From the NCBI GenBank assembly GCA_044345405.1, contig JBIJBE010000019.1, positions 1-64,000 of the forward strand: a DNA stretch of 64,000 bases, read 5' to 3'. Within the stretch, counting starts at the first letter, position 1, and the number at the start of each line of letters is the position of its first letter. The notes under the pieces are model-generated. The model did no database searches, was not told the DNA's origin, and was given only the letters and a program-made list of their open reading frames with translations. Position numbers and translations under genes: made by a program. Source of the stretch: Bdellovibrionota bacterium (GTDB lineage: Bacteria > Bdellovibrionota_C > UBA2361 > OMII01). This document shows positions 1 to 9,610 of this stretch, piece by piece.

Positions 1-17
1 ACACAGTGTGACAGCCG

Positions 18-249
18 CCAGTTGTAAAGGAGTTATCGCAGGCTTCGGAGCTCTCGGATTGGAGTTAGGCATTCGAGCTCTACTTGCGGATACAAAGTAA
101 CCCCGTACCAGATCTAATCTATGCAGAGGCAAAGTAACCCCGCACCAGGTTAGCTCCAGTTGTAAAGGAGTTATCGCAGGCTTCGGAGCTCTCGGATTGG
201 AGTTAGGCATTCGAGCGCTACTTTCGGATACAAAGTAACCCCGCACCAG
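18..249. repeat. 94-bp direct repeat, two copies (18-111, 156-249)
   Basis: CCAGTTGTAAAGGAGTTATCGCAGG...CAAAGTAACCCCGYACCAG occurs twice, 138 bp apart, with 3 mismatches. The sub-motif AAAGTAACCCCGYACC recurs at about 94, 131, 232 and 321. Confidence 0.9.
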
Positions 250-392
250 GTTAGCTAGTCCGACAAACCGGGTCAACGCTCAGTAAGAACTGGTATTTTC
301 TCCCCCGCCTCGCGACCGAAAAAGTAACCCCGTACCATTCCCCGACATTACCATTCCCCGACATCTGGCCTTCCGGGGACGTTCGGCTCCCA

Positions 393-1664
393 CTACCGAG
401 ACACCCTCACCAAAACGGTCTCAGGATCTACCGGCGAGCCGTTCTTTCGTATCTCAAAATAGAAGTTCCGCCCCTTGGCATCGGGCGCTGATGTCGTAGC
501 GACAACGTGATCGTGCTCCACGATGTCACCCGTCTTGACGGCGACGGTTCCGAGGCGACCGTAGAGGGAGTAACTTCGGCCCCCGTGCTCCACGACGATC
601 ACCTGATCGTAGCCTGGCATCATTCCGGCGAAGACCACTTTACCGTTCTGAACCACGTGAACATCGCTACCCTCAGGGGTTGAGAACTCGATACCTTTAC
701 TTCGCACCATATCGGCGAAGTTCGTGAGCTTCGAGCGACCGAACGTTTGCAGCACCTCACCTTTCACGGGAGCTGAAACCTTGGCGCTCGAATCGAAGAG
801 GCTCGGATGAACGATATCTTTCGGAGCGACGGGCGGCGGAACGACAACACCATCTGTCGAGTCCTTCACAGGTTCCTCTGGTGGGCTCTCCTCCTCGTCC
901 TCTTCATCAAAATCTCCAGAGGTCAACGAGGCGATCATATCCTCGACTTTTTTGGCCTCACTCTGAAGAAGCGCGAGCGACTCCTGCGCGGCTTTTTGCT
1001 TCGCCACTAACTCATCCGTCACACCCTTAATCTTAGCTGACTCACGCTCTGCGTCCTTGCGTTTCACCGCAAGCTGCTCCCGCAATTTCTCTTCGGCGCT
1101 CAACGCGCTTTCAAGGGCCGAGCGACTCTGCATCAACGCGGCCACAGCGTCTGAGGCATCTTTAAAAAGCCGTGAATCGAAATCCCGCACCTTGCGAGCG
1201 TACAGCGAGAGCCGCTCAAGGTCCCCTCGCGCCGCCTTGCCCGACATCACCGGGCTCATCGACACAGAGGTGTTGATGTACATCGCTTTCAAGCGAGACT
1301 GAATCTTTCGCTGCTGCTCAACCGCTCGCTTTTCCGAAGCGGAAACCTCAGCCGTCAACGTTACAGCCCGTTCCTTCATCTCATAGACCTTGCGTTGAAT
1401 CGCGCGATCCTCGTCTTTGATCTTTTTGAGCGATTCCTCCAGCTGGGTACGTTTGGCAAGGAGCGCGTTAAACTCCCCCTTCATCCGAACGATCTCACTC
1501 TCAGCGCTCTCAACGTCCGCTTTTATCTTTTGCAATTGCGCGGCGAGCTTCTCATCCTCACCGAACGATGACCGAGCACCGACTCCCCACACGACCGCGA
1601 GCACAAGCACACAGACCGCCTTACGCCTCGAACTCCAATACGTGCGCGAGCGTGGAGTCGCCAT
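393..1664 (-). CDS. envC: Murein hydrolase activator EnvC-like (coiled coil + M23/LytM domain)
   Basis: Signal/TM segment, long coiled coil, C-terminal degenerate M23 domain (KGIEF..., YSLYGRL, FYFEIRKNGSPVDP) lacking the Zn-ligand His residues as in EnvC; directly downstream of ftsEX. Confidence 0.85.
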   Translation of the reverse strand: MATPRSRTYWSSRRKAVCVLVLAVVWGVGARSSFGEDEKLAAQLQKIKADVESAESEIVRMKGEFNALLAKRTQLEESLKKIKDEDRAIQRKVYEMKERAVTLTAEVSASEKRAVEQQRKIQSRLKAMYINTSVSMSPVMSGKAARGDLERLSLYARKVRDFDSRLFKDASDAVAALMQSRSALESALSAEEKLREQLAVKRKDAERESAKIKGVTDELVAKQKAAQESLALLQSEAKKVEDMIASLTSGDFDEEDEEESPPEEPVKDSTDGVVVPPPVAPKDIVHPSLFDSSAKVSAPVKGEVLQTFGRSKLTNFADMVRSKGIEFSTPEGSDVHVVQNGKVVFAGMMPGYDQVIVVEHGGRSYSLYGRLGTVAVKTGDIVEHDHVVATTSAPDAKGRNFYFEIRKNGSPVDPETVLVRVSR

Positions 1665-1666
1665 CG

Positions 1667-2659
1667 CTATTGCTCCGCGAGAAACCGGCGAACGGCCAGG
1701 AAACTTCCCCCCATTCCCACCATCGCTCCAGCGAGCACGATACCGCCAAGGATATTCACGGGAAGGAAGTGAAAGGTTGGAAACACCATCTGTAACAATT
1801 CGCTCTGCGCCATCGAGTTAGAGATAAGGAGATACACCGAGAACACGAATCCGATTCCAATAAGGGCCCCAATAACCCCCTGCCCCAATCCCTCTAACAC
1901 ATACGGTGCGTAGATCGAGCCACGACGAGCTCCCACCAACTCCATGATCTCGATCTCCATGCGGTGGTTGTAGAGCGCGAGCTTGATCGTATTGGCGATA
2001 ATGAAGCCGGTAATGATGAGGAGGAAACCCATACCAACCGTTCCACCAACTTCGACGATTCGCAGAAGCTTCTTGAGTTGTTGAACACCACTCCTGCTAT
2101 ATCGAATGCTGTCGATAAAAGTGCTGGAGGCCAACCGCTCTGAGATATCACCAAAGAGCGTATCGGCCTGTTGGGGGTCAGAGATCGTAATGTTGAGCGA
2201 CGCGGGCAACGGATTCTGCGACTCGATCCCCTCCAGCATACTCGCGTCCTCGCCGAGCATCGTCCGAAACGACGAGAGCGCCGCCGTCTTATCCATGTAC
2301 GTGACAGTGAGCCCCTTGGTGAGATCGCCCAGCTCTTTCTTGATATCATCGACATCGATCGGAGTTACCGAATCGCGCAGAAACACCATCACCATCATAT
2401 CGCCACTCTCGCGCTGCACCGATTGAGCACAGTTACCAACGATCAGGGCGAAAAAGCTCAGCACTGAAAGCGCCACCGCAATCGTCACAACCGTCAGTGA
2501 GCTCGTGATGCGGGAACGGCGAAGATTCTCAACGGCCCGGCGCGTGACGTGACCGAACACCGCGAACAGCGAGACCTTTTCAACCCCTTGTCCTTCGCTC
2601 CAGATCGTTTGGAGTCCGATGGTCGATCGTTCCTTCGATGTCGTTGTGTTCGGTGTCAC
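1667..2659 (-). CDS. ftsX: Cell division permease-like protein FtsX
   Basis: Four-TM layout, NPLPAS periplasmic motif, IIANTIKLALYNHRMEIEIMELVGA signature; lies between ftsE and envC. Confidence 0.93.
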   Translation of the reverse strand: MTPNTTTSKERSTIGLQTIWSEGQGVEKVSLFAVFGHVTRRAVENLRRSRITSSLTVVTIAVALSVLSFFALIVGNCAQSVQRESGDMMVMVFLRDSVTPIDVDDIKKELGDLTKGLTVTYMDKTAALSSFRTMLGEDASMLEGIESQNPLPASLNITISDPQQADTLFGDISERLASSTFIDSIRYSRSGVQQLKKLLRIVEVGGTVGMGFLLIITGFIIANTIKLALYNHRMEIEIMELVGARRGSIYAPYVLEGLGQGVIGALIGIGFVFSVYLLISNSMAQSELLQMVFPTFHFLPVNILGGIVLAGAMVGMGGSFLAVRRFLAEQ

Positions 2660-3345
2660 TGGGCCCCCCGGAACGAATTCGCTTGTGAGAAGTCTCCGAT
2701 GATCTTTCCGCGATCCAGTACGATACTTCGCTTGTTGAGCTCCTCGATCATCCCGAGATTATGGGTCGCAACCACAACCGTCACCCCCGCGGCATTCGCC
2801 TCAAGGAGGAGATCGAACACCCGCCGGCTCATCTCGTGGTCAAGGTTTCCCGTCGGCTCGTCGGCAAGAATTAACCGAGGCTTCCGGATGAGCGCTCGCG
2901 CGATAGCAACACGCTGCTGCTCTCCTCCGGAGAGGGTTACTGGATAGGCGTCGGCTCGATCCTCAAGACCCATGGCGTGCAAAAGGAGGAGCGCCAACCG
3001 ACGCCGCTCTCGCACCCCTACCCCAAGCACCTCAAGTCCGTACCCCACGTTGTCGAGCACCGTTCGCCGAGGAAGAAGCTTGTAGTCCTGAAACACCACC
3101 CCAATCTCCCGCCGGAGTGAGGCGATCCCATCCCGTCCGATGGAGGCCATATTCCGCCCCCCAATCAACACTTCGCCCGAGGTGCACTGCTGAGCCCCGA
3201 ACAAGAGCTTCAAAAGGGTGCTCTTTCCCGCTCCGCTTGCCCCGGCGATGAAGAGAAAATCCCCCTCGGAGACCTTCAAATCTACCCCTTTCAGGGCGGT
3301 CTGGTCAGGGGGGTAGAACTTGGAAACGTTGTGCAAATGTATCAT
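2656..3345 (-). CDS. ftsE: Cell division ABC ATPase FtsE
   Basis: Walker A GASGAGKST, VVFQDYKLL, LSGGEQQRVAIARA, LADEPTGNLD; overlaps the ftsX start. ATG at 3345 preferred over GTG at 3375. Confidence 0.93.
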   Translation of the reverse strand: MIHLHNVSKFYPPDQTALKGVDLKVSEGDFLFIAGASGAGKSTLLKLLFGAQQCTSGEVLIGGRNMASIGRDGIASLRREIGVVFQDYKLLPRRTVLDNVGYGLEVLGVGVRERRRLALLLLHAMGLEDRADAYPVTLSGGEQQRVAIARALIRKPRLILADEPTGNLDHEMSRRVFDLLLEANAAGVTVVVATHNLGMIEELNKRSIVLDRGKIIGDFSQANSFRGAQ

Positions 3346-3496
3346 GTAACGTCCATTAGTTACGCCATGTGCCACTTCAGGGGCGCAATCGGGGTTTTAT
3401 CGTCACAATCCGACACGTAAGCGGCCTTAAACCGTTGCGTGTTCTTTCCCCGCTGCGGTAAGTTCAGCCCATTGTAAAAACAGGTGGATAGGTATC

Positions 3497-4060
3497 ATGT
3501 ATCCCGTTTCGTTCCGTGGTGCTAGCACCTCATTTTTATTCCTACTGGCGACCTTGACGGCGTGCTCATCAGGCCCTTCTAATCCGCCCGTTTCCGTACC
3601 CCTCAACCCACCTGAGGTTCGAGAGGTGCAGTGTGAGAAGCAACGCTCCTCACACGGTCCAAACATCTACCAGTGCCAGAGCGAGCTCGGACCGATGTTC
3701 GTTACCACGGTCAAGGACTGCTCCATCCCCGAAAAGTTCACCTTTCAAGCCACAACTCGGCAACTCCTCGTGGGAGTAATGGACCTCACCGTCATCAGCC
3801 AAGAGCCTGAGACCCTCAATTCGGTCAAGACACTGCACTCCATCGTGCACGGAACGATGGATGTCGACCCATTCATCATGTCGATCTACACCTTCCATCA
3901 AAACGACTGCATCACCGACCTCGTCGTATGGCGGGGAGCAGCCCATGGTAAACCATCCGCTAACGAGACAGCGAAGTTCTCTGAGGTAAGCTCCTCTATC
4001 GCGAAAAACCTCGTTGCCACGCTCATCCCAACACAGGAGCAGCCGCGTGCAGAAAGCTAA
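3497..4060 (+). CDS. Hypothetical lipoprotein
   Basis: Lipobox LTAC after a hydrophobic stretch; 3' end overlaps the mlaE start; no recognisable domain. Confidence 0.7.
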   Translation: MYPVSFRGASTSFLFLLATLTACSSGPSNPPVSVPLNPPEVREVQCEKQRSSHGPNIYQCQSELGPMFVTTVKDCSIPEKFTFQATTRQLLVGVMDLTVISQEPETLNSVKTLHSIVHGTMDVDPFIMSIYTFHQNDCITDLVVWRGAAHGKPSANETAKFSEVSSSIAKNLVATLIPTQEQPRAES

Positions 4061-4808
4061 GGAGCTCCTGAACGCGCTCGGCGCCTACGCCCTTCTTCTT
4101 TCGGATGTCATTCGAGACATCCTGAAGCACGGCATAAACGTGCGCGAGGTAAGTCGCCAGATTATCCTGATGGGCATCAGCTCCATCCCGATCGTGCTCC
4201 TCACCGCAGTCTTTACCGGCATGGTACTCGCGCTGCAAACCGCGTACGGCCTCCACCGATTTGGCGCAAAAAACTACGTCGGAAACCTAGTTGGACTGGC
4301 ACTCGCCCGGGAGCTTGGTCCCGTTCTGACCGCCGTGATGGTGTGCGGACGTGTCGGAGCAGGCATCGCGGCCGAGATAGCGTCGATGGTGGTAACCGAG
4401 CAGGTAGACGCAATTCGCGCCCTCGGAGGTGATCCGATTCGAAGACTCGTTACCCCACGAATCGTCGCGGGAACCCTCTCGATGCCCCTCCTTGCGGGGA
4501 TTGCGGTCATTACCGGAATTTTAGGGGGCGCAGTGGTTGCCGTGTTCGAGCTCGGCATTACGTGGCACCAATACTACCGCTCGTATCTCTACGCGGTGCA
4601 GATCCGCGACGTCACCGATGGACTCATTAAGAGCTGCGGCTTCGGACTTATCGTCGCCTCCATCGCGTGTTTCAAGGGTTTGCGATGTCGTGGTGGAACC
4701 GAAGGCGTGGGGCTGACCACTACTGCCGCTGTGGTAACCGGATCCCTTATGGTTTTTATCTCTAACTTCTTCTTTACCAAGCTGCTGATCATCATCAAGT
4801 TCAAATGA
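4047..4808 (+). CDS. mlaE: MlaE-family ABC permease
   Basis: RELGPVLTAVMVCGRVGAGIAAEIASMVVTEQVDAIRALG and GGTEGVG motifs; GTG at 4047 preceded by AGGAG. Confidence 0.92.
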   Translation: MQKAKELLNALGAYALLLSDVIRDILKHGINVREVSRQIILMGISSIPIVLLTAVFTGMVLALQTAYGLHRFGAKNYVGNLVGLALARELGPVLTAVMVCGRVGAGIAAEIASMVVTEQVDAIRALGGDPIRRLVTPRIVAGTLSMPLLAGIAVITGILGGAVVAVFELGITWHQYYRSYLYAVQIRDVTDGLIKSCGFGLIVASIACFKGLRCRGGTEGVGLTTTAAVVTGSLMVFISNFFFTKLLIIIKFK

Positions 4809-5560
4809 CCACAACCGTTCAACCCACCGTCGAGTTTACGAACGTGCATACGCGCTTTGGCGCGAACCACGTCCATCGTGGACTCAACTTCGCGCTACAA
4901 CCGGGAGAGGTTACTACCCTCCTCGGACCAAGCGGCGCCGGCAAAACGATCATCCTTAAACTTATCATCGGACTAGTCCGACAAGCGGAAGGTTCCGTGA
5001 AGGTCATGGGGCAAGAGGTGGTAAACCTCGATGGGCCGGACCTCACCGCCCTTCGAGTGAGCACCGGCATGCTCTTCCAAGGCGCGGCACTCTTTGACTC
5101 GCTCACCGTATTTGAGAATATCGCCTATGGGCTCCGTGAGCGTGGCGAAAAGGACGAGGACAAACTCGACCACATCGTGAAAGAGCGACTCCGCATGGTG
5201 GGATTACCAGGTATCGAGAGCAAACTTCCCTCGCAGCTCTCCGGAGGACAACGAAAGCGAATCGGCCTCGCCCGAGCGCTCGCGACCTCGCCGAAGATCA
5301 TGCTCTACGATGAGCCAACAACAGGCCTCGATCCTACATCCACACGAATGATCGACGACCTCATCATCACCTTCGCGCGAGAGCAGAAGATAACCTCACT
5401 CATCGTTACGCACGACATTCAGAGCGCGCGAAGAATATCAGACCGATGGATGCTGCTCAGTCAGGGCGTCATCGCGGCGGATGGGCCGGTCGCTGAGGTG
5501 GCGGAGAATAATCCACTTGTACGAGACTTTGTCTCAGGTTCATGGAAGGAAGCGGTATGA
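4805..5560 (+). CDS. mlaF: MlaF/Mkl-family ABC ATPase
   Basis: GPSGAGKT, GMLFQGAALFDSLTVFENI, LSGGQRKRIGLARA, YDEPTTGLDP; ATGA overlap with mlaE. Confidence 0.92.
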   Translation: MTTTVQPTVEFTNVHTRFGANHVHRGLNFALQPGEVTTLLGPSGAGKTIILKLIIGLVRQAEGSVKVMGQEVVNLDGPDLTALRVSTGMLFQGAALFDSLTVFENIAYGLRERGEKDEDKLDHIVKERLRMVGLPGIESKLPSQLSGGQRKRIGLARALATSPKIMLYDEPTTGLDPTSTRMIDDLIITFAREQKITSLIVTHDIQSARRISDRWMLLSQGVIAADGPVAEVAENNPLVRDFVSGSWKEAV

Positions 5561-6633
5561 AACTACGAAACGAACTCAAAGCTGGTATCTTCGTATTCGC
5601 CAGCCTCTTTTTGATCGCGGCGCTCATCCTCATCATGGGACGGGAGCGACAGATCTTCGCCAAACAGAGCGAGTTCCACGCCTACTTTAAAGACGTCAAG
5701 GGACTCTCGGTTGGAGCCCCTGTTCGGCTCGGCGGCATCCCTATCGGACGGGTAGCGGACGTCACGTTCGACAAGACTCACAAGGAATACAAGGTTCACG
5801 TTACGTTACTGATTAACGATCGCTACCTCGACCAGGTAAAGGCCGACAGCACCGTGATGATCGACACCCAGGGACTTCTTGGGGATCGATACGTCAGCTT
5901 GACTCCTGGCAACCTTGAGGAGGTCGCGCTAACGGGCACTCGACTACCCTCCGCTGAGATAACGGATTTCGCGCAAATATTGAATCGAGCTCAAGCGGCG
6001 GTGGACAACACCTCCCAAATCACCGAGCGAATTAATAAATCCCTCGATGGGCTCTCCCCAGACACCTTCCGAGATATCGCGTCCGCTTCACGCAGCATCG
6101 CCGAGATCGCGAGCGCCGTTAAGACCGAGAATGGATTCGTTCATCGTCTCATCTACAATGAGACCGATGGAAAGAAGCTCATGGGCAGCGTCACCTCAGC
6201 GGGACAGGATGTAGCGGAGGTACTCAAAGAGATACGCGCGGGGAAAGGACTCCTACACGCGCTTATCTACTCTGACGCAGGCGAAAAGACCGTTGGCGAG
6301 ATGTATGAGACATCCCAAAACGTCTCGGCCGCGAGCCAGAATCTCTCGCTCCTGCTAAAGGAAGCTCGGGAAGGGAAAGGACTCCTTCACGACCTCATAT
6401 ATACCCCAGTTCAACCCGGAACCGTGTCGACTAAGGTCCAAGAGATCCTCGCCTCACTATCGAAGGCGGCGGAGAACTTTAAGGTCACCTCAGACGCCTT
6501 GGCGCACGGCACTGGGACCCTGGGAGCCCTCCTTGTTGACCCTAAATTGTATGACAACCTTGTCGAGGTAACCGATGGGGCGAAGCGAAGCTTCCTGTTA
6601 CGTCAGGCAGTTAGAAGCTCTCTCAACCAGTAG
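5557..6633 (+). CDS. mlaD: MCE/MlaD-family protein with long helical tail
   Basis: N-terminal TM, MCE domain (GLSVGAPVRLGGIPIGRV; TQGLLGDRYVSLTPG), then repeated GxGxLHxLIY helical units; ATGA overlap with mlaF. Confidence 0.88.
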   Translation: MKLRNELKAGIFVFASLFLIAALILIMGRERQIFAKQSEFHAYFKDVKGLSVGAPVRLGGIPIGRVADVTFDKTHKEYKVHVTLLINDRYLDQVKADSTVMIDTQGLLGDRYVSLTPGNLEEVALTGTRLPSAEITDFAQILNRAQAAVDNTSQITERINKSLDGLSPDTFRDIASASRSIAEIASAVKTENGFVHRLIYNETDGKKLMGSVTSAGQDVAEVLKEIRAGKGLLHALIYSDAGEKTVGEMYETSQNVSAASQNLSLLLKEAREGKGLLHDLIYTPVQPGTVSTKVQEILASLSKAAENFKVTSDALAHGTGTLGALLVDPKLYDNLVEVTDGAKRSFLLRQAVRSSLNQ

Positions 6634-6742
6634 GGCAAAAGTTCGAATCCTCGGAGGAGAAAAGGCTATCTTTACACGGGACTAGCTGGGAGAGGCAGTA
6701 TGCGCCCCCCAGTCGTTTTGATAGCAACGGGGTACTCGTTCC

Positions 6743-7288
6743 ATGTTAATGCAAGAGACCGCCTACGGCTCGATGAACTACAACGTTTTGGCGAGCATTC
6801 TAAAGGCCACGAACGTCATTCACTATGGTGCAGGAGCGGAGATCGGAGTTCTGTACGGCGATACATCATTCCATCTCCTCAATGAGTTCCCGAACCTCAC
6901 CCTGTACTCCGTCGATCCCTATCTTCCGTACGACGAGCCAGACCGCACCGCGGAACACATGACCAAGTACGAAGCGGACGCTCGTCGACGCCTCGCTCAA
7001 TTCGGCTCGCGCTCGATCATGATGAAATGTACCTCTGTTGAGGCCGCTCCTGTTGTTACGGATGAGTCCCTCGACTTTGTATTCATCGACGCGCAACACA
7101 CCTACGAAGCGTGCAAAGAGGATATCGAAACGTGGTTCCCCAAGGTACGACCGGGTGGTTTTATTACTGGACACGATTATCGGTGGGATGGCGTCAATCG
7201 CGCCGTCACTGAGTTCGCTGAGAGGATGAATTACCGTGGGCTCTTTACCCCGCAGAGCAGCGACCTGTGGCTCTTTAGAAAACTCTAA
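6743..7288 (+). CDS. Class I SAM-dependent methyltransferase (Methyltransf_24-like)
   Basis: GAEIGVLYGDTS, DFVFIDAQHTYE, VRPGGFITGHDY. Confidence 0.85.
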   Translation: MLMQETAYGSMNYNVLASILKATNVIHYGAGAEIGVLYGDTSFHLLNEFPNLTLYSVDPYLPYDEPDRTAEHMTKYEADARRRLAQFGSRSIMMKCTSVEAAPVVTDESLDFVFIDAQHTYEACKEDIETWFPKVRPGGFITGHDYRWDGVNRAVTEFAERMNYRGLFTPQSSDLWLFRKL

Positions 7289-7298
7289 GCTCTATCCC

Positions 7299-8123
7299 TT
7301 AGCCGAGCGCGGCAGCAACCCGAGCAACGAGCTCCCGAGGAGCTTCGCCCGCGAGTGACCACAGATCAATCGCGGAGACCGTGCCCGTTCCACTTCGTAG
7401 CATGGAGCTATCTACTCGCGGATTCGAATCGGGCACAATCTCTGACGCGTGATGACGGAAGGTTCGGACGGGAGCGCCCGTCTCTTCCTCAAAGCACCGA
7501 CCGTAGCGAGCCTTGCCAAGCGGCGCGTATCGAACGAGAGAGGTATCCGTCAGCTCAAAGGGGCAATTGATATTCCAGGTTATCGGTGTTTTGAGAACCT
7601 CAGCCTTGTGCTCATCACCTAAGAGCACTCCTATCGCTTTGTCCAATATCGCGGTGATCTGTCGATCGAAAACTGCCATCCGACTCTCGGAGATCATGTA
7701 ATCAACCACGTACTCATCACGGGTCGCGACGTCAAACGCCTGCGAGAGCGCGATCGCGGGAATGCCCGCGAGATTCGCCTCCAGACACGCGCCGACCGTA
7801 CCGGATGACAACACAAACCCAAGGCCCATATTAAAGCCGGCGTTGATTCCGGACACAACGAGGTCGGGCTTTTGGTCGAGGAGGTTGTACACTCCCACGT
7901 TCACGCAATCCGCGGGGCGTCCCGACACGGTAAACGCCTTCCGACCGAATAGCTCTATCTCCTGCGCGTGTACCGGCTCGAAACGGGTAACGCACTTACC
8001 GGTCCAACTCTGCTCGTGCAACGGGACCACGATCGACACATCCCCAAATCGCGAGAAATACGAGATGGCGAACTGCAGGAGCGGAGACCGGTGACTGTCG
8101 TCGTTGGTGATTAATATCTTCAT
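7299..8123 (-). CDS. surE: 5'/3'-nucleotidase SurE
   Basis: MKILITNDD, EQSWTG, SGRPADCV, PDLVVSGINAGFNMG..SSGTVGA; ATG at 8123 overlaps the murD stop (ATGA). Confidence 0.88.
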   Translation of the reverse strand: MKILITNDDSHRSPLLQFAISYFSRFGDVSIVVPLHEQSWTGKCVTRFEPVHAQEIELFGRKAFTVSGRPADCVNVGVYNLLDQKPDLVVSGINAGFNMGLGFVLSSGTVGACLEANLAGIPAIALSQAFDVATRDEYVVDYMISESRMAVFDRQITAILDKAIGVLLGDEHKAEVLKTPITWNINCPFELTDTSLVRYAPLGKARYGRCFEEETGAPVRTFRHHASEIVPDSNPRVDSSMLRSGTGTVSAIDLWSLAGEAPRELVARVAAALG

Positions 8124-9610
8124 AACGGGGTTCTCTCCTCGCGACGGAAGCACTCCCGCACGAACGTCTTAAACGCTGCACCCCGGTGCTCGAAGTCTTT
8201 GAACTCATCAAAACTCGCGCATCCTGGCGAGAGGAGCGCGACTCCTCCACCAATCGTCAACGACAAAGCTTGCGCGGTGGCGTCCTGAAGATTACCGGCG
8301 ACGATGTGCTCAACACCCGCGGCACGACAGTGGCTCGCTAAAAGCGCTCCGTCCTGCCCGAAACAAACGAACGATATACGTGGATCAGTCGCTCGAGAGA
8401 GGAGAGGCGCCCACGAACCCGCCTTAGAGAGTCCACCAATCATCAACACAATCCGAGAGGATGCATAGTACTCGCGAACCGTTTCGAGCGCCGCCACCGT
8501 CGCCGCGACGGTCGTCGACTTTGAATCGTTGATAACTGTTTGCCCTCCGACATTGCGAACGACCTCAAGGCGGTGCTCTAAGGGAAGAAATGATTCAAGG
8601 GCAGCTTGCGCGTTTTTTTGAGTGACACCCATGTGACGAGCCACAAGGAGGGCGGCCGCCATATTGTACCGGTTATGCGCGCCAAGAAGGCGCACATGTT
8701 CTGTCGAGTACTCCTCGCGAGCGCCCGCTCGGGATACCGTAATCACGCCGAGCGGATCTTTATCGTAGGATATCCGCGCCCAAGTCGACGACAGTTTACC
8801 AAGATCACTTTCACTGGAGGTGCCAAACACCGCTCTCGACGCGCGACTCCGCTGAGCCATGCTCACGACCATGGGATCATCCGCGTTGACAACCGCGAGG
8901 TCCTCGGCTGTCTGCAAACGAAGTGCTCGTTCCTTCGCTGCGGCGTACCGCTCCAACGAACCGTGACGCTCGAGATGATTCTCGCTGATATTGAGAACAA
9001 CGCTTACGTAAGGCTTAAGGAACGCACTCGCCTCCAATTGATAACTGGACGCCTCAACCACCAGGAGCGAATCATCAGATTGAATCTCTCGAAGGAGATC
9101 TTCGTTCGAGATAACCGGCACCCCGATGTTGCCACACAGGTAGGAACGAAGGCCCGCCCGTCGAAGAATATGATCGATAAGCGATGAGGTGGTGCTCTTG
9201 CCGTTACTACCGGTCACGACGAGCGCCCTGCCGTGATGAAGCTCAATACCCAACTCAAGCTCCGCGACATACGGAACGCCGTATCGTCGAAGAGTTCCAA
9301 CTATCGCGGACTCTAACGGAATACCGGGGCTAAGAACAGCGAGAGCAACGGTAGTCAGATGCGGAGCAACCCGCTCACCATCAACACCGAACACAACCTC
9401 AACGCCAAGGGCTTGAATGCCTGGAAGCTCGGACGCGAATTTTGAGTGCGCGCGAAAATGCGATTCACCGCTCTTTTCGACGACGGTGACCTTGAGCCCC
9501 CGTTTGGCGAGAAAACGCGCGCTCTCGATACCACTAATCCCGAGCCCAACAACAAGGACCCGTTTATCAGCGGCGCGGACATCATCTAACGTCTCTCGGA
9601 GATTCTTCAT
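8120..9610 (-). CDS. murD: UDP-N-acetylmuramoyl-L-alanine--D-glutamate ligase
   Basis: GLGISG, SPGIP, VTGSNGKSTT, EASSYQL, HRLE, NDSKST, LSPGCASFDEFKDFEHRG; ATG at 9610 overlaps the mraY stop. Confidence 0.95.
   Translation of the reverse strand: MKNLRETLDDVRAADKRVLVVGLGISGIESARFLAKRGLKVTVVEKSGESHFRAHSKFASELPGIQALGVEVVFGVDGERVAPHLTTVALAVLSPGIPLESAIVGTLRRYGVPYVAELELGIELHHGRALVVTGSNGKSTTSSLIDHILRRAGLRSYLCGNIGVPVISNEDLLREIQSDDSLLVVEASSYQLEASAFLKPYVSVVLNISENHLERHGSLERYAAAKERALRLQTAEDLAVVNADDPMVVSMAQRSRASRAVFGTSSESDLGKLSSTWARISYDKDPLGVITVSRAGAREEYSTEHVRLLGAHNRYNMAAALLVARHMGVTQKNAQAALESFLPLEHRLEVVRNVGGQTVINDSKSTTVAATVAALETVREYYASSRIVLMIGGLSKAGSWAPLLSRATDPRISFVCFGQDGALLASHCRAAGVEHIVAGNLQDATAQALSLTIGGGVALLSPGCASFDEFKDFEHRGAAFKTFVRECFRREERTPL

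Noticed and set aside
18-368. Possible CRISPR array
   Set aside because: Motif spacing is irregular, the intervening sequences are duplicated rather than unique spacers, and there are no cas genes.
6641-6650. GTTCGAATCC, a tRNA T-loop-like motif
   Set aside because: The flanks do not form a T-stem or cloverleaf.
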